Assembly: GCA_013239625.1 (NCBI GenBank)
Contig: MU054001.1
Coordinates: forward strand, 4,380,167-4,444,166
Reading direction: 5' to 3'
DNA from: Lama guanicoe
Lineage: Eukaryota
DNA length: 64,000 bases
Shown here: positions 13,246-27,575 of the stretch, piece by piece
Numbering within the stretch: the first letter of the stretch is position 1
Layout: each line of letters starts with the position of its first letter
Notes under the pieces: model-generated
The model's database searches: none
The model's input: the letters and a program-made list of their open reading frames with translations, nothing else
Told to the model about the DNA's origin: nothing
Made by a program: the position numbers and the translations under genes

Positions 13246-15292
13246 AAGTATAATTTAGAAGGCTCAACTGTTGTAACAATGTGAAATTACTAAAAACATT
13301 TATAAAGGTTTAGTCTCAATGTCTATACTCATTGCAGACCAGTAGCAAACAGCCTGCAGACTAAACACCAGTAAACGGATAGCGCTCTCAGGGTAGTTCT
13401 CTTGTCGATGACAAGCCCTAGGTTTTGGGACATTCTGGCTTCTCTGAAATTCAGTATGACCTTTAAAGTCAGGGTTATTTCTGTGGTGACAATATTTCTC
13501 TAAAGAAAAAAAGTACTTTACATAAAAATAAGAGCAAATTAAGAGATGGGTAAAATATTAACAGACATATGATTCATTTAGCACTTAACTCTTCTCTGGC
13601 ACTAAAACAAGACAATGGATTACAACTTGTATATTAGAAATAATTAAGTGAAAGTATTAAAACAACTGGGATTGCATGAAGTTTGACAGAAAAGACCTCT
13701 GAAACACAAAAGAGGAAGCAAACCCAAATTTGTTTTGAGATATTATATTCCATACAAATCCATTCCTTTTCAGGTCTAAAAATTCCAAAGTGGATCATTT
13801 CCATTCAAATTACTAGTCAAAATACAAGCTATTGCTGTGATCTAGTTTGGTTTCCAAAATACATGTATATACAAATCTGTATCTATGCATACACATAGAT
13901 ACATCCAAATGTAATACTTTTTTCATTGAGAATAATTAAATTCACTTTAGCAAAAAGCCAAAATAAGTTGTAAATGCTAACATAACACAAGTTCAAAGAA
14001 AACTGTATCAATACAAAGGACGGAATCCTAGAGGCTCACTTTACTGTGATGCAAGCCTTGTTTGATTTTCAAAACAAAAGTTATCTGATGTTTGTTTTAA
14101 AAAAATCACAAATCTAGCTAAATGCAGAAGGAAAACACTATTATACAGTGCAAAGTGACTTTATTCTGGTTCATTTTTTTTAAAGTTCTTTAGAAAAAAA
14201 AACTAAATGACCAAACCTACCAAGCTTAAAACCCAAAAATAGAAGTGAAGTTTTTCTTTTAAAAGCTACAAACTTTCTCGAAATTCTCTTACTGTAATAA
14301 AAACTGCCCTCTGAGATTAAAAGTCACCTACCAATTTTCTAGTTCAACTGTTTTTAAAATCCACATTTACCCACAAATCTCCCCTCTGCCAAAGATTCCT
14401 TTCTGAGAAATTGATTTTTTAAAAATTTTCCTAGTGGTATTTATTTCACTATTAGTTTTTCTTTTCTGTTGTTAAAGGTAACCACTAGAACCAACAGAAA
14501 CATCGGTAAAGGGAATACACTTCAGTAAGGGGAATAAACTTGTCTTTGCCAGGAGAAATGCATAGTGAAATAATTTAAGGACAGCCAGATACCTATCATC
14601 ATGATGGGCAGAAGAAAAATGCTTTTCATCCCTTATTTCTCCACTCTCCCCCAGAGTTCTGTTGAGCCACCCTACCTCCAGTTTCCGTCACCTGCCCCTG
14701 CTGAGCAGGAGGGACCCCAGCGGCTCTCTAACCCCATGCACAGAAGGTGAGGGAGCTGAGGCAGCGGGAGCCGCTGGACTTTGCTTTCCCTGTCCGGAAG
14801 GGAAGCAGGCCTACATGAAATTCCAATCACTTATTTTCCTCTCTCAAAAAAAGCAATGAGTTAAAAACAAACAAACAAACAAAAAACACAGGTTATCGAA
14901 AGTTTTCTGCTGGAAGCATGAGATAGTGGTAGAAGCCATTTAAATAAGTCTACGTTCCAAATAACGTTGGCTCAAAGGCCTGGTAGTTGTGGGTTACTGT
15001 TTCTCAGCAAATGGGAGGTGAAAGCTTTAAGAACTAACAAAGGCTTCTAAGAATGGTGACACACTAGAAACTACATACGCTCACATAATTACCTTCCTCC
15101 CTCTAGAAAATTGTATGAGTAAGTAAAGCATTAATCACAGCTTTTAAAAGATTCAGAACAAACACCACTCAGCTAAGCATTTATATACAATGAGGGGGGG
15201 AAAAATCACTCCTGTAGAATAAACATGCTATGTCTGAATAAAAAATTTTGAATAAGGTCACACATACTTAATAAATCATCACCTTTTCTTCA

Positions 15293-15433
<141 letters not shown>

Positions 15434-17465
15434 TTACTAGTCACATTTTAACATTAAGAAATCAACCACAGAAATTCATGAAAAAATAATTAGGCTTTAT
15501 AAAAGAACCAACGAGTTGGAGTTCCACACACCCGCCATTTTTACAGATGAAGAAACCAGTACTCGCTCACACTCACTAAATATGAGCACAACTGGATATC
15601 TGTATTTTTATTTCCATCACAGTAGGATCTTCTAGCCAGTCTCTTTACCCGCATGCCCGTTTCCTTACAGGAGGTTAAAGATGGAAGAGATCTTCGAAAT
15701 CATTTACTTCAATTCCTCATTTTATGGATGAGAAAGCCCAGACCCCAAAAGGTGAAGTGATCTGTTCAAAGATCACACATTGTGGTAGCGCTGAGTTCTT
15801 GGGTCCAGCTGACTAGTCTTTTCACTATATCACAATATATCACAGTAGCAATAAATCAAAGGATAAAGGGCCTCTATACTTATCACACAAAAAGCACAAA
15901 TTTAAAAGAAAGTAAAATTAAATTTGATTTTTTCCTCCTAGACTGTTATAATTTTAGCAAGCAGAATTTGTAGCCTGCAACAGAGAAATTGCTACAATAA
16001 ATTTTTTTGAAATTATACTACCTTTTAATAAAAGAGTCAGAATTAATGCCATTAATGTTATTAACAAATATATATGCTAAGTATAGGGTAAAGAGAGCTA
16101 ATTATAATAATTTTATTTATGTTCCCAGGAAGAGTATTCCTCCAGACATGCCATGTGTACATATGACAAACAGCTAACAGAGTTGACTAAATTATTACAT
16201 TCAATCCTGTTGTCTAAAGATAAACTATTCTCTGCCTGTCTATCCATCCATCCTTTCACCCACCCAGTTACTGCAACATGCGATGAGCCTATCCTCCAGA
16301 AACCCACTGTAAAACGTGAGTTGTAATAAATAAATTAAAAAAAGAAGAAGAAGAAGAAGCCCACAGTAAAGTCAAGTAGAGTCAGGAAAACAAAGCATAC
16401 ATGTGTTAAGACAATTTAATATGTACATATAAGATACAAACTATGAGACAAAAATGTTAAAAGCTATGATAACTGGAAATGATATAGACAGGGCTCACAG
16501 GCACTCAGAAAAGAGACATCACTGCAGAGATCACTTTTTCAGGCTCTTTTCAAACCAAAAAAAGAGGTTTTTTTTTAAATTTCCAAGTTCAACAGTTTAT
16601 ATAAGTTAAAGTTATCTGAAAAATAGCACCCATTAGTTTGCTTGAATGCAATTTCCTCAAATCTGACCACTCCAGTTTTCCTGGCGGAATGCATCCAGCA
16701 GTTTAAGGTGGAATCACGGGCAAGCTCAGACTGCTGTGCAGGCAGCTCTCCAGGATCCACCCTAACCCTCTATTCTAAGAAATAACTGAGCTCTTAGGTC
16801 AGAAATAATAGTTGCTGCTGACTGAAAATAAGAATCCATGACAGATTCTTGCTAGAAACGGGACATAAAATGGGGTGTAAAAAAAAAAAAAAATCCAGCT
16901 TGTACTTCTAGCCATTTCCATTCCTAAAAGCAAGTCCACCCACTGCCCCAACCCCACCACTGCTACAACGGTGGCATGGAGCGTGGCCTTTGTCCCAGTG
17001 GGGCAAAAGAAGCCCTTCTCAGGCGACTACTTCTCTGTCAAATGGCACCTCCCAGGGCAGAGAAGTAAAGCACCTGCCAAGGTCTGTGGTCCCCGCCTCA
17101 TTCCAGAAGGCAGACCAAAGCATCTATTGCACTGGGGCCTGGCCCGCTTTAGGGCAACGGCTGCTTAAAGTACAAAGGCAGTGGGTGTAGTAGGTACTAA
17201 TGGCCAGGATTCCTCTTATTTTTGTCAACAGCAATGCCTGGAGAGAAGAGTTGTAAAGCAAAAAAAAAAAGACGTAGTGATGCTATGAGGAAAAGGGCTT
17301 GGGAAGGACGGCTGATCTTAGCTCACTTGATATGACCTCCTACCAAGCATTATGGTGACAGATTTATAGGCCTACCAAGGAGAATGGAGATTCCTCTGCA
17401 GTTTAACAGAGAGCATTAGCCTAAGTAGCACTGTAGCAGGAGGCTATGTTTGGAAAGCATCTTAC

Positions 17466-17578
17466 CATATATTCCACAGCACGTTCACGGCCTCATTGGC
17501 TATGTTTTCAATAGAATTTCTGTTCTGCTCTTTTTTTTCCTGTGGAGACATCTCATTTGAATCCAGTCCAGCACTACA
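17466..17578 (-). CDS. HEATR3: HEATR3 exon 4 (113 nt)
   Basis: tacag|TGT...ATATG|gtaag; [37 protein letters not shown]. Confidence 0.95.
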
Positions 17579-17904
17579 CTGTAACCAAATACCATGATTA
17601 GCACCCTGGTTCAAAAGAATAATTAAACAGGCTAATGACAGTGAAGAATCACAAAAACTAAACATCAGAAATAATAGTGGTTAACAAGCCAATCAAATGC
17701 TCGTAAGCGGTATGGTTCCCATAACCCTGCTCCTTTTTGGCAAGAAATAAGAACAAGAAAGGTTTGCAAGTCATTGTACAAACTGGATACAAAGCATTAC
17801 ACGTTTTAAATGAAAATGTAAAATCAATACAAAGTATTTCATCTAACATGATAAAGATACTATGTAAGACAAAGAAAGGTAATACATTGTAAAGGCTGAC
17901 ATCC

Positions 17905-18125
17905 ACATAGTACCTCTATGCACAAGGCACTATTCCAAGCACTTTATGTATATTAAGTCATTTAATCCTCACCACAAACCTATGAAGTAGATGATTATCT
18001 CCAATCTCCTGCTACAAATAGGAAACTGAAGTAGAGAGCTTGCTGAAGGTGCAGCTTAGTATATAGTGAAGTGCAATTCAGATCCAGGCAGTTGGCTCTG
18101 AAGTGGGTGCTCTGAACCACTCCAC
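17905..18125 (-). mobile_element. MIR SINE
   Basis: tcatttaatcctcacca..aaatagGAAACTGAag core; similar MIR remnants near 15700, 18550, 22100, 27700, 31800 and 55100. Confidence 0.7.
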
Positions 18126-18157
18126 AGACTGCCCCTCTCCTATAATCCACCCTCTTA

Positions 18158-18372
18158 AGTAGGCTTTTCAGTCTTGGCACTAATGACGTTTGGGACCAGA
18201 TGATTCTTTGCTGTGACAAACGTGGCTGTCGTGCGCATTGTAGGACTTTTAGTAACATCTAGTGGGTAGATGCCAGTAGCAACCCCTACCCCCAAGCTGT
18301 GACAATCAAAAATGGCTCCAGACATCGCCAAATGCCCCCTTCTGGGGCACAGCACCCCTAGGAGAACTGCTG
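18158..18372 (-). mobile_element. MER20-like hAT-Charlie MITE
   Basis: tgtgacaatcaaaaatggctccagacatcgccaaatgcccc...gagaactgctg; similar to the copy at 899-1114. Confidence 0.8.
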
Positions 18373-18963
18373 TTCTAAGGGAAACAGACTGATGCCTCTC
18401 ATCAAAATCGGATATTCTTTATATAGCCTTAAGTGAAAATTACCCATCAATACAGAAGAGTGGACCAGAGTCATGACGGAGAGAGAGCTCTCTGATCCCC
18501 GAACTATATCATGCAATAAAGGTGGAGTATTAAATTTGCAAGTTTAATCTAATTGTCGGGGCAAATTCCTAATGTCTGTGCTCCAGTCTCCTCATCTGTA
18601 AAACAGGAATAACAATACCTGACAAATAGGACTGCTGTGGTGATTAAATAAATTAATACACAAGACAGCACCTGGGACATAAGTAAGCAACCAATAAATA
18701 CAAATTATTTTTACGGTATGAAATTTAAAGTACAATGGAGTCAGTCTATAGTTTTAGGAAGGTCTTTTCCAACAAGCATATGAATAAAGGTAGTGGGTAC
18801 ACACTAGAGACTAGCATCAGTGATGAGAGATCAGTGTTTCCAGGAAAAGAAATAAAACTCCTGAAGAACGTTTCGAGGGAAGACAAAATAACTAACATCA
18901 AAGTACTTAAAAGCAAAACTATCTAAGTTTGTATACTAAAAGCGACACGTGAAAGCGGCATAC

Positions 18964-19051
18964 CTCTTTTAGCAGTGCGACCAAAGGAGTCATGATATCC
19001 TTAGTCACCATGTCATCACAGACTTCAAAACCTCCACAAGCACTGAGGTTT
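18964..19051 (-). CDS. HEATR3: HEATR3 exon 3 (88 nt)
   Basis: tgtag|A AAC CTC...GAG|gtatgc; [29 protein letters not shown]. Confidence 0.95.
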
Positions 19052-19699
19052 CTACACGAGAAGTTTAAAAGAGGTTTTACTTTCAGATTACATGTCACAA
19101 GACATACTAAACACTCAAATATATTTATGTTTCTAGCCACACCCAAGATTTCCTGAACGAAATTGCTTGTGACTCCTGAAAGATGCTGCAGAACCAATCC
19201 ACAGATCTGCATCTGTTCTGATCCGTGTCCTACATGATGCAAATAAATGATCTGATCACATAACAACTTAGTTCTCAGGTCTGAGATGGTACACACGGAA
19301 AGCAAGACTTTTCCTATTTAACGTGAATAATAAATCACTGCCTGATCTTATACGAAAGGAATTTTCTTGGAATCAAGACTTCAAGGGTAGGAAAGGTGAG
19401 GCTACTGAAAATGACATTCCCTGAAGCAATCTTGACTAAATTTAATTTTAACTGGAAAGACACTGCCTGCCTTCTGAGAGCACAGCACAGTGCTAGGCAC
19501 TGAGGATATGAAGATAAATGAGAAGCCACTCCACCATTTCCCGGGAGCTACCAGTGTGTGTAGGAAGGGGAAGGGTAGGACTTTCCACACCGTTTCCTCC
19601 ACCAACTGGATAATCTCCACTCATTCCCTGGATCTCATCTCAAACATCATGCCCTTAGGGTTTTCTTCCCTGAACCCCCAGTAATACCCTCTCATGGCA

Positions 19700-20400
19700 T
19701 CCTTTGTAAATATCATTGGTTGTCATTACACACTTGATTATTTGCATCATGTCTGTCTCCCTAGATACTGTAAGATCCATAAAGAACAGAACTTATCTGT
19801 CTTGCTCACTCCCACGTGCCCACAGTCTAGCCACACTGCCTGGTGCACAGCAGGCACTCAATATATACTTGCTAAATCAGTGAGTGAAAGAGAATAAACA
19901 TAGACAGAGCTATGAGAACAAATACTAACTTTACTCTTGCCCCCTCTACAGTCCATTCTCTGCACAGCTACCAGAGTGGCCTTTTGAAAAGGTAAATTAG
20001 ACCATGTCACTCCCACTTAGAACGGGTCCTTTAGCTCCACACCACGGAGTCCTTGTCCATCTCCCCATCCTCAGCTCCCATAATGCTGCTCTCTGCTTTA
20101 CTCAGCCACGTAATCTTTTGGTTCTTTAACCACACCAAGCCCTCTGCTGTTGCTATTCCCTCTGTCAGGAATGCTCTCTCCCTTGTTTGTCCTCTGCTGG
20201 CTCTAGCATCCAACAGCTCTCAGTTCACAAACTTCATCTAGAGATCACCCAATTTGAAGTAACTTCCCACCCCCAACTCATCATCCTCTCAGCTTCTCCA
20301 AGCACTTCTTACAACTTAATATTATGTTTCACCTGTTTAACTAATTCCTGTCTGTCTCTGCATCAGCATGGGTTCTGTGAAGGCAGGGATCTTGGCTGTC
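19700..20400. mobile_element. L2 LINE 3' fragments
   Basis: actgtaagatccat..cctggtgcacagcaggcactcaat; similar L2 remnants near 1510-1750, 9830-10210, 22780-23460, 30600-31100 and 53640-54570. Confidence 0.6.
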
Positions 20401-20811
20401 TTAAGGTCCTGCCTGCTCAAAATCCCCTGCACCTAGAAGACCTGGCACATATACTGGAAGAGTTCCTTGAGCCTCAGGACCTTATGAAGGGTTCTCGAAG
20501 TGGGTACAACGTGCGCTAGGCCTTGAGGGGAGGACGCTTGGCAGGTGGCTTCTGCAGGTGAAGCAGCAAGGCGGACAGACGGAATGCATGTGGTCTGGGG
20601 GTCATGGGGACCTCCGGAGTCTGGAGCCTGGGTTCAAATCCCCCCTCTGCAAATGGGAGAGCCTGGGCAGTTCTTGGGTCTCCCGAGGTGCCGCAGACAA
20701 GTGCACTGAGGATGAAACCGATTAGAGACGGTACGTGACACACAGAAGGCGCCGGCTGAACGCCGTGCGGCCCGGATCCGGGGCACCACCCTAGACTCCC
20801 CTCAAGGCTCA

Positions 20812-21123
<312 letters not shown>

Positions 21124-21127
21124 TCAC

Positions 21128-21265
21128 CTTTTCTAGCAGCTCTGCCGCCGGCCCGTCGTCCTCCTCTCGCTCAGTCCCGTTCGCCGCCGCTGCAGCCTCG
21201 GCCTGACAGTCGCCCGTAGGGGAGAACTGAGGTCGCTTGAAGCGCTTCGTCCGGCTCTTGCCCAT
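21128..21265 (-). CDS. HEATR3: HEAT repeat-containing protein 3, coding exon 1 (46 aa)
   Basis: Kozak gtcgcc[50 protein letters not shown] recognised as the HEATR3 N-terminus; donor AAG|gtgagg. Confidence 0.97.
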
Positions 21266-21720
21266 GGCGACGTGCACTGATGGGAAGACCGAGGAAGAGA
21301 GACAACAACAAAACTGGAGGCTGCCGAGTTGGCAGCAGGTCGTACCTCCTAGGGGACTACGTGCCGCTGTTCAGCTGGGCCCGATGACGGCCGGAGCCCA
21401 CATGGGGCAGCGTTGCGCATGCGCGCAGCGTGTCGGCGGCAGGGGGAGGGGCTGGCGCGGGGAGCGGCTGGCGCGGGGAGCGCGCAGGCGTAGAATAGAG
21501 GATAGGCGGGGCCAGACCTTGCCGAGGGGCGAGACCTGTGGGGTTTCCCGGGAAGGGGAAGGCTGGCTTTGAATTGTAGTACTGACCCCGTCTACCACGA
21601 GCTAGTGACGCTTATCAAGTTACAGAACTTGCCAAACATTTATTTCCATAATAATCAAATGCAATTAAGGATACCTAACTTGAAAGGTTATTGTGAGGCT
21701 TAAAAAAGTATTATGTAGTA

Positions 21721-21812
21721 GGGGGTGGAAATAGCTCAGTGGTAGACTAAATACTTAGCATGTTTGGGATCCTGGGTTCAATCCACAGTACCTCCATTAA
21801 AAAACAAAACAA
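21721..21812 (+). mobile_element. tRNA-Ala-derived SINE inserted in a MIR
   Basis: atagctcagtggtaga...gggttcaatcc plus A-rich tail. Confidence 0.85.
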
Positions 21813-21891
21813 ACATGTTGTGTAAAGTACCTAACTCCAAGCCTGATGTATACGGTAAATGCTCAAAAAATATTAACCATAATTTTTAAAA

Positions 21892-22022
21892 ATTTATTTT
21901 TATTGTTTTGGGGGGAGGAAATTAGGTTTATTTATTTATGCTTAAGGCAGTACTGGAAATTGAACCCAGGACTTCTTACATGTTAAGCGTGCACTCTACC
22001 ACATGAGCTATACCCTGCCCCC
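21892..22022 (-). mobile_element. tRNA-Ala-derived SINE
   Basis: Reverse-complement tRNA head and cctaat tail; imperfect TSD aaccataattt/aatcatgattt. Confidence 0.85.
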
Positions 22023-25000
22023 AATCATGATTTTATTTTGTGCCTAGCACAGGACCAGTCATAGACAAAGTCCATATTTGATAAGATAGACTCCCTAAGA
22101 AGTTACTTAATCTTCCTGCCTTAGATTCATCAGTGAAACGGAGATACCAATAATATATGCCTAATGGAGTTATAAGGATACATGTGTTTAAAAAAGAAAG
22201 GATACATGTGTTTTAAGATGCTAAGAACACAGACTGACACATAATACATAATAAGCGCTATGTAAATGTTTGGTTGAAACTTTTATTTAATAACAAAAGG
22301 ATTCTTTCACAAACATTTATTGAGTACCAGATACAGTAATAGGCATTGGGATAAAACAGTTTCAACTAAGACAGATACAGTCCCTGTCATTTGTTCTTGT
22401 TTTTGTAAACTTGGAGTTTACAGTTTAGTGAGAGATGTGTTAAATAAATAATTATATGAATAACTATTTAGTTACTGTTGTGGTAAGTACTAAGAAAGAA
22501 GGAAAATACAGGAGAATCTTAGTAGTCTTCATAATTACATGTATTTATTGAGCACCCAGGAGATACACAGCTTTCAGGTTAACACTGTATAGGAGAAAAG
22601 TTCCACCCCATGGCAACCCTACCCTCAAAGAGCTGTGGTCTAGTAAGGAAAATGACTAATTATGATAGCATATTTTGGAAAATAATCACAGAGGTTTAGC
22701 TAAAGTTGTACAGAAGCTCGGACCTATAAAAGACCAACTTTAGGTACAAGGAAGACTTAGAACCCCCAGTTATATGTTGGTAGGTTTTACTAGATCCCTC
22801 TTATCTGGCCACTGATCTCCTAACCTCCCTCATCCAAGCTACTGTCTATTCTTGTCTTGATCACATGGCCTTCTGGTCTTTCTTTTTCCATCCTGCCCAT
22901 CCATAGAACAGCTGGAGTGATATTTTCAAAATGAATATCCCTCCAACTTTCCGATATTCATTCCCTTGCCTGAAACCTTTCAATGGCTTCTCTTTCTTAT
23001 AGGATGAAAGTCAAAATCTTAGCTGGCTGCACTGCCTCATCCCAGCCTCCAGCTTCATCTCATGTCACCTCTTGAATTCCTTCCTCCCTTTAGCCATCCT
23101 CCAAAGCGCCAATCTCTCTTCTTCCTTAAGACTTTGAACAAGTCCCAGACTCCGCCTCTGTCTTGGTGAGTGCAAGAGTCACTTTTTCATAGGCCCTCCT
23201 CTGATCTGGAAGTCTGAGATGGGTCTCCGCTGAGACAGCATATATCCTGTTCCTTTACTTGAAAGCACAGCTCAAAATTACAGGTATAATTTAAATTTAT
23301 TTGTGTATAGTTATACTCAATATTTATACTCATACTTATACACATACTCTCACCAATTGCACACTAGATCCAGTGAGGATAAGACTGCCTGTTTTCCCAC
23401 ATCACTGTCTTCCCAACACTGGCCAAGGCCCCGCACAAAATAAGCATGCCATTTCTTGAGTGACTGGAGAACCACATAATCAAGAAAGAGTAGAGCATGT
23501 AATCTAGACAGAACAGGAGAAGATAAAACAGATTCCTGCTGTTTCTCTCACTATGGGAATAAGCAAGAAAAAATAGTTCAAAACCTTAGCCAGGGGGAGA
23601 ACTTTGGGCTCTATTTCATTACTCTTTCCTGTGAAAAATGAACATTTCTGCTAAAAATGAATGAAAAACTTTATTCAGTGAACTTAAGAGCCCTTCTCAG
23701 AACCACCTAAGATTGTCAATCTTAGGAGAAGCCCAAAGACCTTTAACCAGTCTAATAATCCTTAACCAGTCATTTAAAATACTCCAGCCAGGCAATGATT
23801 ATCTAACCATCCCCCTTTCCTACAAATGATCTTTGTCGAGAGGGAATTTTTGAATTAGACTGCATAGAAGCCGGTTTCCTTTTGAGACAATAAAAATGCT
23901 TGTAATCAATTATTGGTTGGACACACTTTGTTGTAAACAGGAGCTAGCTTTCTTCCAGACTCCTGTTTCTCCCCCTTCACATTTTTGTAGGGTAATCTTC
24001 CTAAAACACAGTCTGATCAAGTTCACTAAAAACCTTTGACCATCCTGTGTAGGTGCATGTCTGAGCCATACAGAATCAGGGTCAGATTTTACATAACTTC
24101 CTCTGCGGCCACAGCACCCTGCCACATGCTTCTAACACCTCATCTCTGGCCCAGGAGCCTCCTCAGTCTCCCCAGAGACTCCCCCGGACTTTCCTTTACC
24201 TAGGCCTGGGGGCTGTATAGCTCAGCAAGCTTCCACCATGCACCCTGGCATTAACCATTTCCGCTTTCCTGGTACAGTCCCGGCTCTACTTCCAATTTCT
24301 CTGAGTTTTAGGGACTTATTGTCGGGCAGGAGATGTAAACCAAAAACGGCTGTCCTGTGTGGACTGGCATACTGTCCTCATGCCCCCTCCTGCCCCAGCG
24401 GATACTCCATCCTCAGCCCTCCATGGACTTTGTGGGCCCTATACTTCTCTCTTACAATTGTCCATGAATTATCATCAAGAGTGTACATGTGGGCTACCCG
24501 CACTAGCCTGTAAGCTCCTTGGAGGGCAGGGGTCTTTGCCTGTCTCTATATGATCAGTGCCTGGCACCCAGCTGAATGAAAGTCCCCAAGTTGTCCACTC
24601 CCTCTACATGGCTGCTGTCCTCTGCTCAGCTCACCCTACATAAGTGACTCAGCAGTCATCAGCAAGTAATGTAGCTGCTGATAAAAGTCATCTACAGATA
24701 ATCAGACCTCTGGCCTCTTGTTCCAGATCTGCCACTAATGGGCTATGTGATCAAGGGAAGATCTCTTCCCTTTTGTAGACCTCAGTTTCTCCATTTACAA
24801 AAACTCTTTGCAGCTCTTTGAAATTCCAGAGGGCTGTGGATCATGCTGATTATTTTAGGAAAGTCGTCCTGGAAGGAAAACTGGAAGTTGAGTGCCTCTA
24901 GAGCAGGTGTCAGAGCCTGGGACTGGCACTCTCGCTGCTGACTTCTATTTGGTCCTCAGAACTTTCCTGAGCTGTATGTTAGTGTAAATGCTGACGGCCA

Positions 25001-25993
25001 CCCTGAAAAAGTCACTGCAAAGGGACTGCGGCCCATCAAATTCGACTTCATTAAGGATCTGACACATGTTCACTATATGTTTATATGATAAGAGTGAAAA
25101 TTTAAACTTGTTGAAAAATTATCCTTGGACAGTATCTATTCTTAAAGCAAGAAAGGTGTTCACCAGGTACTATGAAGTAAATAGGCAAGTTACAAAGCAG
25201 CATAGTAGAATCCCATTTTTGGAAAAACACAGAGGAAGTACCTGTGTGTAGATATACCAAAGTGTCACCTGTGTTTGTTTGGCTATAGGGGTAAATAAAG
25301 GAGATCATTTAAAAATCTGTTTTATTTGGGGTGTTTCTAGAATAAGCAGGTAGTATTTGCATACTTTTTTAAACCATGAAAAAATTTTAAAAGAAATGCA
25401 GTCTAATTCCCTGATGCGGTCCCCATTCCTTTCCTATTATCCCCACACCCACCTGCCACAGAGGCTGCCCTTGGTGTCCAGAGACCCTGCTAAAAGAGTT
25501 AGGGCTCCTCCTGTGACTTCTGTGTCTAGATCAGCATTTGGTCCTTTTTTGTTAATGTCATTATCACTAATATGGATACCGTGGGATGTTGTTACCAGGT
25601 TAGTTGCAGCACAAGAGTTCCATGTGGTAAAACAATGTTACATTTGTAGAATTCTTATAAAATTTCCCAGTAAAAAAAAAGCACATATATATAATTTTTC
25701 AGATAAATCCATTTAATACTGTTTTTTTCTTCCCCTCCCAGGTGGGCAGCATTTCCTTCCTAGTGGTAGTTTCTTACTCCCTTGCCCAGCTCTCAGTGAA
25801 CCCATTCTCAGTCTAGGCGCTTCTGACTCTCCAGTGAAGAGCTGATGCATTCCCATCTGGTGTTAACTGAGCATGTCCAGACCTAGCACTGGGTCATCTA
25901 AAGACTACTGTATTTTAGTATCATGTTTTATTTGTTTTAACTGATCAGTGGGCTAATATCACTTCAGTTTTTTTCATAAGTTACTATGAGTGA

Positions 25994-26118
25994 ATATGAA
26001 AATGAAATATATGTATGTTCCCATATGACTGAAGTATTGTTATACACCAGAAATTGACACAACATTGTAAACTGACTATACTTCAACAAAAATATATATT
26101 AAAAAAAGAAAAAAAATG
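25994..26118 (+). mobile_element. 5'-truncated young L1 3' end with perfect 15-bp TSD
   Basis: TSD agttactatgagtga at 25979-25993 and 26119-26133; poly(A) tail. Confidence 0.85.
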
Positions 26119-26924
26119 AGTTACTATGAGTGACTACACATTTTTCCTTTTACATTACCTTCCATGCCGCATCAAATCAGGATTTATCAAATGTTCAAGT
26201 GAAAATGGAGGTAAGGAATTTTTTTTAAATAACTGATTGTTTTATGCATCTCAAATAGTACAAAAAGTTCACAAATTGACTACTTAGGAAATCTGTATCA
26301 CATGTGATGAAACATGCAAAGTTAGGTAAACTCTCAAAACATCACGGTTGCTGATGCCACTCTATACTAGCAAAAGAAATAAATAGCCTCTATTAAAAGT
26401 TCAGACTTAAAATTGTCATATCACTTGCTTTAGCCAATAGCAAAAGTGACAAAAACATACCAATTGCTGATGTAACCTTTCAGTTTTTTTTATTTTGTAC
26501 TAGCAAGTTAAAACTTTCTTCAAATAGAGAACTAATATTTTAAACTTATTTTTTTTTTCCCCAAAGCTGATACCTAGTGGTCTTGCCTGAAATGAGCCAG
26601 ATCAATTTTGTTATAGGATATTCCTATCACTGCCCTTGAAAACTATTGCCTGTTTTGTTGGCTGTTTGGCCAAAATAAACACTGAAAAATACCTAGCTTA
26701 GAACAAATCACTTCTACTTGATGGGATTTAATCCTAATACAGATTACCATAAATTCCATCTAACTCACTCAACCTTTGGAATGCAACACACCTTAAATGG
26801 TTTTGATCAAAACAGAGTGATAGGAGAACATTTTAAGGGCACCCTCCTCACCAAAAAGTCAACAGTCAGTTATTTCATCTCCTCCCCAAACCAGTACTGT
26901 CAGTCTTTCTCATTTTAGCCTTTT

Positions 26925-27575
26925 TAGTGGGTGTACAGCTACTGGAACTCTCAAACGTTGCTGGTGGGTATGAAAAATGGGGCAACCACTTTAGAAAACA
27001 GTTTGGCTGCTTCTTCTAAAGTTACATACACTCAGCCCATGATTCAGCCATTCCACTCCAGGTATTCCCAAGAAAAGTGAATATAGCCATACAGACCTGT
27101 GCATAAATATTCACTGAAGCTCTATTAATAAAGCCTCAAGCTGGAAACAACCCAAATGCCCATCAACTGGTAAATGGAGAAACAGAAAAGTAACGAGATG
27201 GAATGAATTACGAATACACGTATTAATGTAGATAAAATCTCAAAAAAAATCTCAAACCAGACAAAAGAGTATTGTACTGTATGATTATACCATGATTTCA
27301 TTTATGTGAAACTCTAGAAACCACAAATCTAATCTATAGTGATAGAGTCAGACAATAGGGGCCTGGAGCCAGGGGTTGGGGATGGGAATTGACTGGGAAA
27401 TGGTTCAAGGGAACTCTTTGGGGTGATTGAAATGTTCTGTATCTTGCTTGTAGTGATTTTTACATGGGTGCTACACTTATCAAAATTCATCAAACTACAG
27501 TTAAAAGCAGTATTTTATAATAGTAAGAGAGGTTATTTTATGTAAATTAACCTCAATAAAGTTGATTTTAAAAAA
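26925..27575 (+). mobile_element. Old L1M (L1MC/ME-like) 3' region
   Basis: caaccactttagaaaacagtttggc, ggaaacaacccaaatgcccatcaac, cctcaataaagttgatttt. Confidence 0.7.
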
